From the NCBI GenBank assembly GCA_030141605.1, contig JAQGDQ010000157.1:261266-325265 (forward strand): a stretch of 64,000 nt of DNA, in the 5' to 3' direction. The position numbers and the translations under genes were made by a program. The DNA is from Tubiluchus corallicola (taxonomy: Eukaryota; Animalia; Priapulida). Under the pieces are notes generated by a model. That model did not search any database. It was given only the letters and a program-made list of their open reading frames with translations, and had not been told where the DNA came from. Each line of letters begins with the position of its first letter. Positions within the stretch are counted from its first letter, which is position 1. Shown one piece after another: positions 61,604-64,000 of the stretch.

Positions 61604-62636
61604 CAGTGTAGTTTCCTAGCCTAATTAGCCTATTTTAGTTATTACAGAGCTTCCAGCCATTTGAAGTACAAACGAGTATGAAACGGAAAACCCGAGGCTT
61701 GTATCGTCCCAGGCAGGGGGCAAATTATGCATCAGAAATTTTTGTTCTTGGGCAGCAAAATCAAATTACCAGAAAATTGAGCCAAAAAAAATTAGGTAAT
61801 TTTTAGGTACCAGTGAGCTTTCTTATGCTGTTATTGAATTCGCCATGCTCTGTATACAAATATGTTCTTTTGTATTCATGAAAAGGCTCAATAGCACCAA
61901 AAGTGTTTAATTTTCAACAATTCTAATACCCTTTAGTATAATATACATTGTTAGATTCATGAACACTATGTGTGTTACTGAAGTAATACTACTAATTATG
62001 TTGTGCTTGGTAAAATGTGATGGCAAAGGAAGCCATTCAAGCCAGGTGATTTGCAAACTTGCGTGAGACGTTGCAGAATGCGTGAGAACTGAAATTTGAT
62101 GTGTATGTGAGTGTGAAAGACTTAAAATTCGTGTGCTGCATGCCAAATGTGTGAGAATTGGTAGGTCAAGTTATTATTGTGATGCAATTTTGGCTAGCTT
62201 GTGCAATTTAATTGTTTTTGGAATCAGTGCTAGTTATAGATGTAGCCTTAATCAGTCACTGTGCGCATATAGGTTCGACGTTTTTTTCTGACCAACAAGC
62301 TATAAACATGGCCAGCCAGCAACTCCTTCATTACTCCTCGCCCACATATACACATATACATATACACTTTTGATTGCACACAGGACAGGCGTAATGCTGA
62401 GTTAAATACTATGCATTATTCCAATGGGAATCTGCTCCAGTAACCGCTTAACTCGTTGTACTCGCAAAACGATTCTCTTTGCAGTCAGTTTGCAAAAGCA
62501 CAAACTGAAAACTAGAATTCACCACTCAGCAGCAGAGTTGGGCCAACAGTACATTTGTGGCATTTCCGGGTCTGACTAATTATAAACTTTATCTCACTGA
62601 ATTTGCATGGATGGTAGAGGTGTGGTCTTAGCCACG

Positions 62637-63801
62637 TACAGGGTGTCTCAAAAGGTACTGTAAATTTTGATTTCTATTTTTTTCATTTTCTCAAATCTTG
62701 GCAGGTTCTTGCACATGTCAAAACGTGTCTTTGTCAGTTTGTTTTATTTATTTTTTACTGGAACCCCGTTGCTATGACAACGACAGATTTCTTAGAATTG
62801 AGGTGCAAAATCAGCCGGACATGAGGTCTTTTGATCACACTCACTGAAGTTCAGGGAAAATTCAGAGCACATTATGAACCATGCTTTTCTCTCACTATTA
62901 ACAACGTATACATTTAATATAATCATGCTGTATTTTTGTCATATTGTAATTTCTCTTCTCTTTACTAAAAACATAGAACTAAAACGTAGGTCTTTATAAT
63001 AGACCAGTAAACCTTTATTTCTAAACATGTACCAATTACTATAGTTTCATCATCATTGTAAAAATGTAATATTCATCAATAATTTTGCATGTATTTTAAT
63101 GCTCGTTCTTGTTTTTTATATAAAAGTAAAAGTACATACATTTAGAAAATTGCTACAAATTAAACTTGATTCAGTATTTGTTTGTGTCGAAAATGCGAAA
63201 GTATTTGAATTCAGGGCAATCAGTGTCCCCCAACTTTTGCTTTCCCACCTATTTTTGTTAAAATTCAAATCGTTAAAATCAGATAAAATATTTTCGAAGA
63301 ATAAAAATCAACCATTCATCGTAATAAAATTAAGCATTTTTGACAAAGCCCTTCGTCAGTAATTACATACTGTTAGGGATTTTCTCAAATTCCCGACTTT
63401 CATTGGACTCTCCCTGAAGTTCTTCTGACTTTAAGTTCTGACTTGGCAGATTTGACACCCTGCATTTTTTTACAACACCATATCAAGCAAAAACTTATGC
63501 AAAACGACTAACACTTCTTCATGAAGTCAAAATAACAATTAGAGGTTATTGCATAAACGTTTAACTTAAAATGCTTGCTTATGTTAGAAATACATGTGTT
63601 AATTATTAGCAAAAGTGCTTCAACAACGAAGGTAGCAAAAAAGGAAAGGCTACATTATGGTAGTTCTCTCCAGATTTTCGTCTAATTTGGCTAAAAGAAT
63701 TGCCCAGCATTTTAGTTTCTCTGTGGCAATTTTCAAATGCTGCTTTGCTTGCTAAAAATAGAAAATGTAAAGTGTATGCTAAACTTCTGAAACACCCTGT
63801 A
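62637..63801. mobile_element. Tc1/mariner non-autonomous element
   Basis: TA-CAGGGTGTCTCAAAAG...CTTCTGAAACACCCTG-TA. Confidence 0.75.
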
Positions 63802-63869
63802 TAATTATGCCTTCCCTCTACGAAGTAAACATCCACAACAGCACAACCAGTGCGGCAAATAAACTTCTT

Positions 63870-63975
63870 GGGTTAGATGGTCGAGTGGTCTAGAATTTGG
63901 ACTGCAACCACTCATTCTTGAGTTCCAGTTTAGTAGTTGCCAACCCCAGGACATTTGCCGTGGGCCAGCCACAAA
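63870..63975 (+). mobile_element. tRNA-derived SINE head
   Basis: A-box TGGTCGAGTGG, gactgcaacc loop, degenerate B-box gagttccagt; homologous to 26665-26745. Confidence 0.55.
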
Positions 63976-64000
63976 AAAAAATTATTTCTGTCTTACCCCA

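Noticed and set aside
63870-63945. Functional tRNA gene
   Set aside because: The acceptor and T stems do not pair and the B-box is degenerate; better explained as a SINE head.

Overview
AT-rich, intron-rich animal (probably invertebrate) genomic DNA, not prokaryotic. I reconstructed three protein-coding genes by hand from GT-AG boundaries with consistent phases. (1) ABCF3, minus strand, 17 coding exons, 33746-13513, 715 aa. (2) A CARD-containing initiator caspase (caspase-9/2-like, SHG and QACRG intact), minus strand from 50733. It has two homologous phase-0 terminal exons (39539-39348 and 37255-37142) encoding alternative versions of the small-subunit L4 loop and beta6 dimer strand. (3) TMEM185 with an intronless CDS, plus strand, 55850-56881, divergent from the caspase. 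Introns and intergenic DNA are full of non-autonomous DNA transposons (TTAA-, TA- and 8-bp-TSD types, several nested), LINE and tRNA-SINE remnants, minisatellites, and a family of foldback elements carrying Penelope-type minimal hammerhead ribozyme motifs. The best leads are the caspase alternative last exons with a 17-nt perfect antisense match next to one of them, a DVAD/AMPV candidate IAP-binding neo-terminus, and the hammerhead foldback family. No database searches were run; family names rest on recalled motifs.
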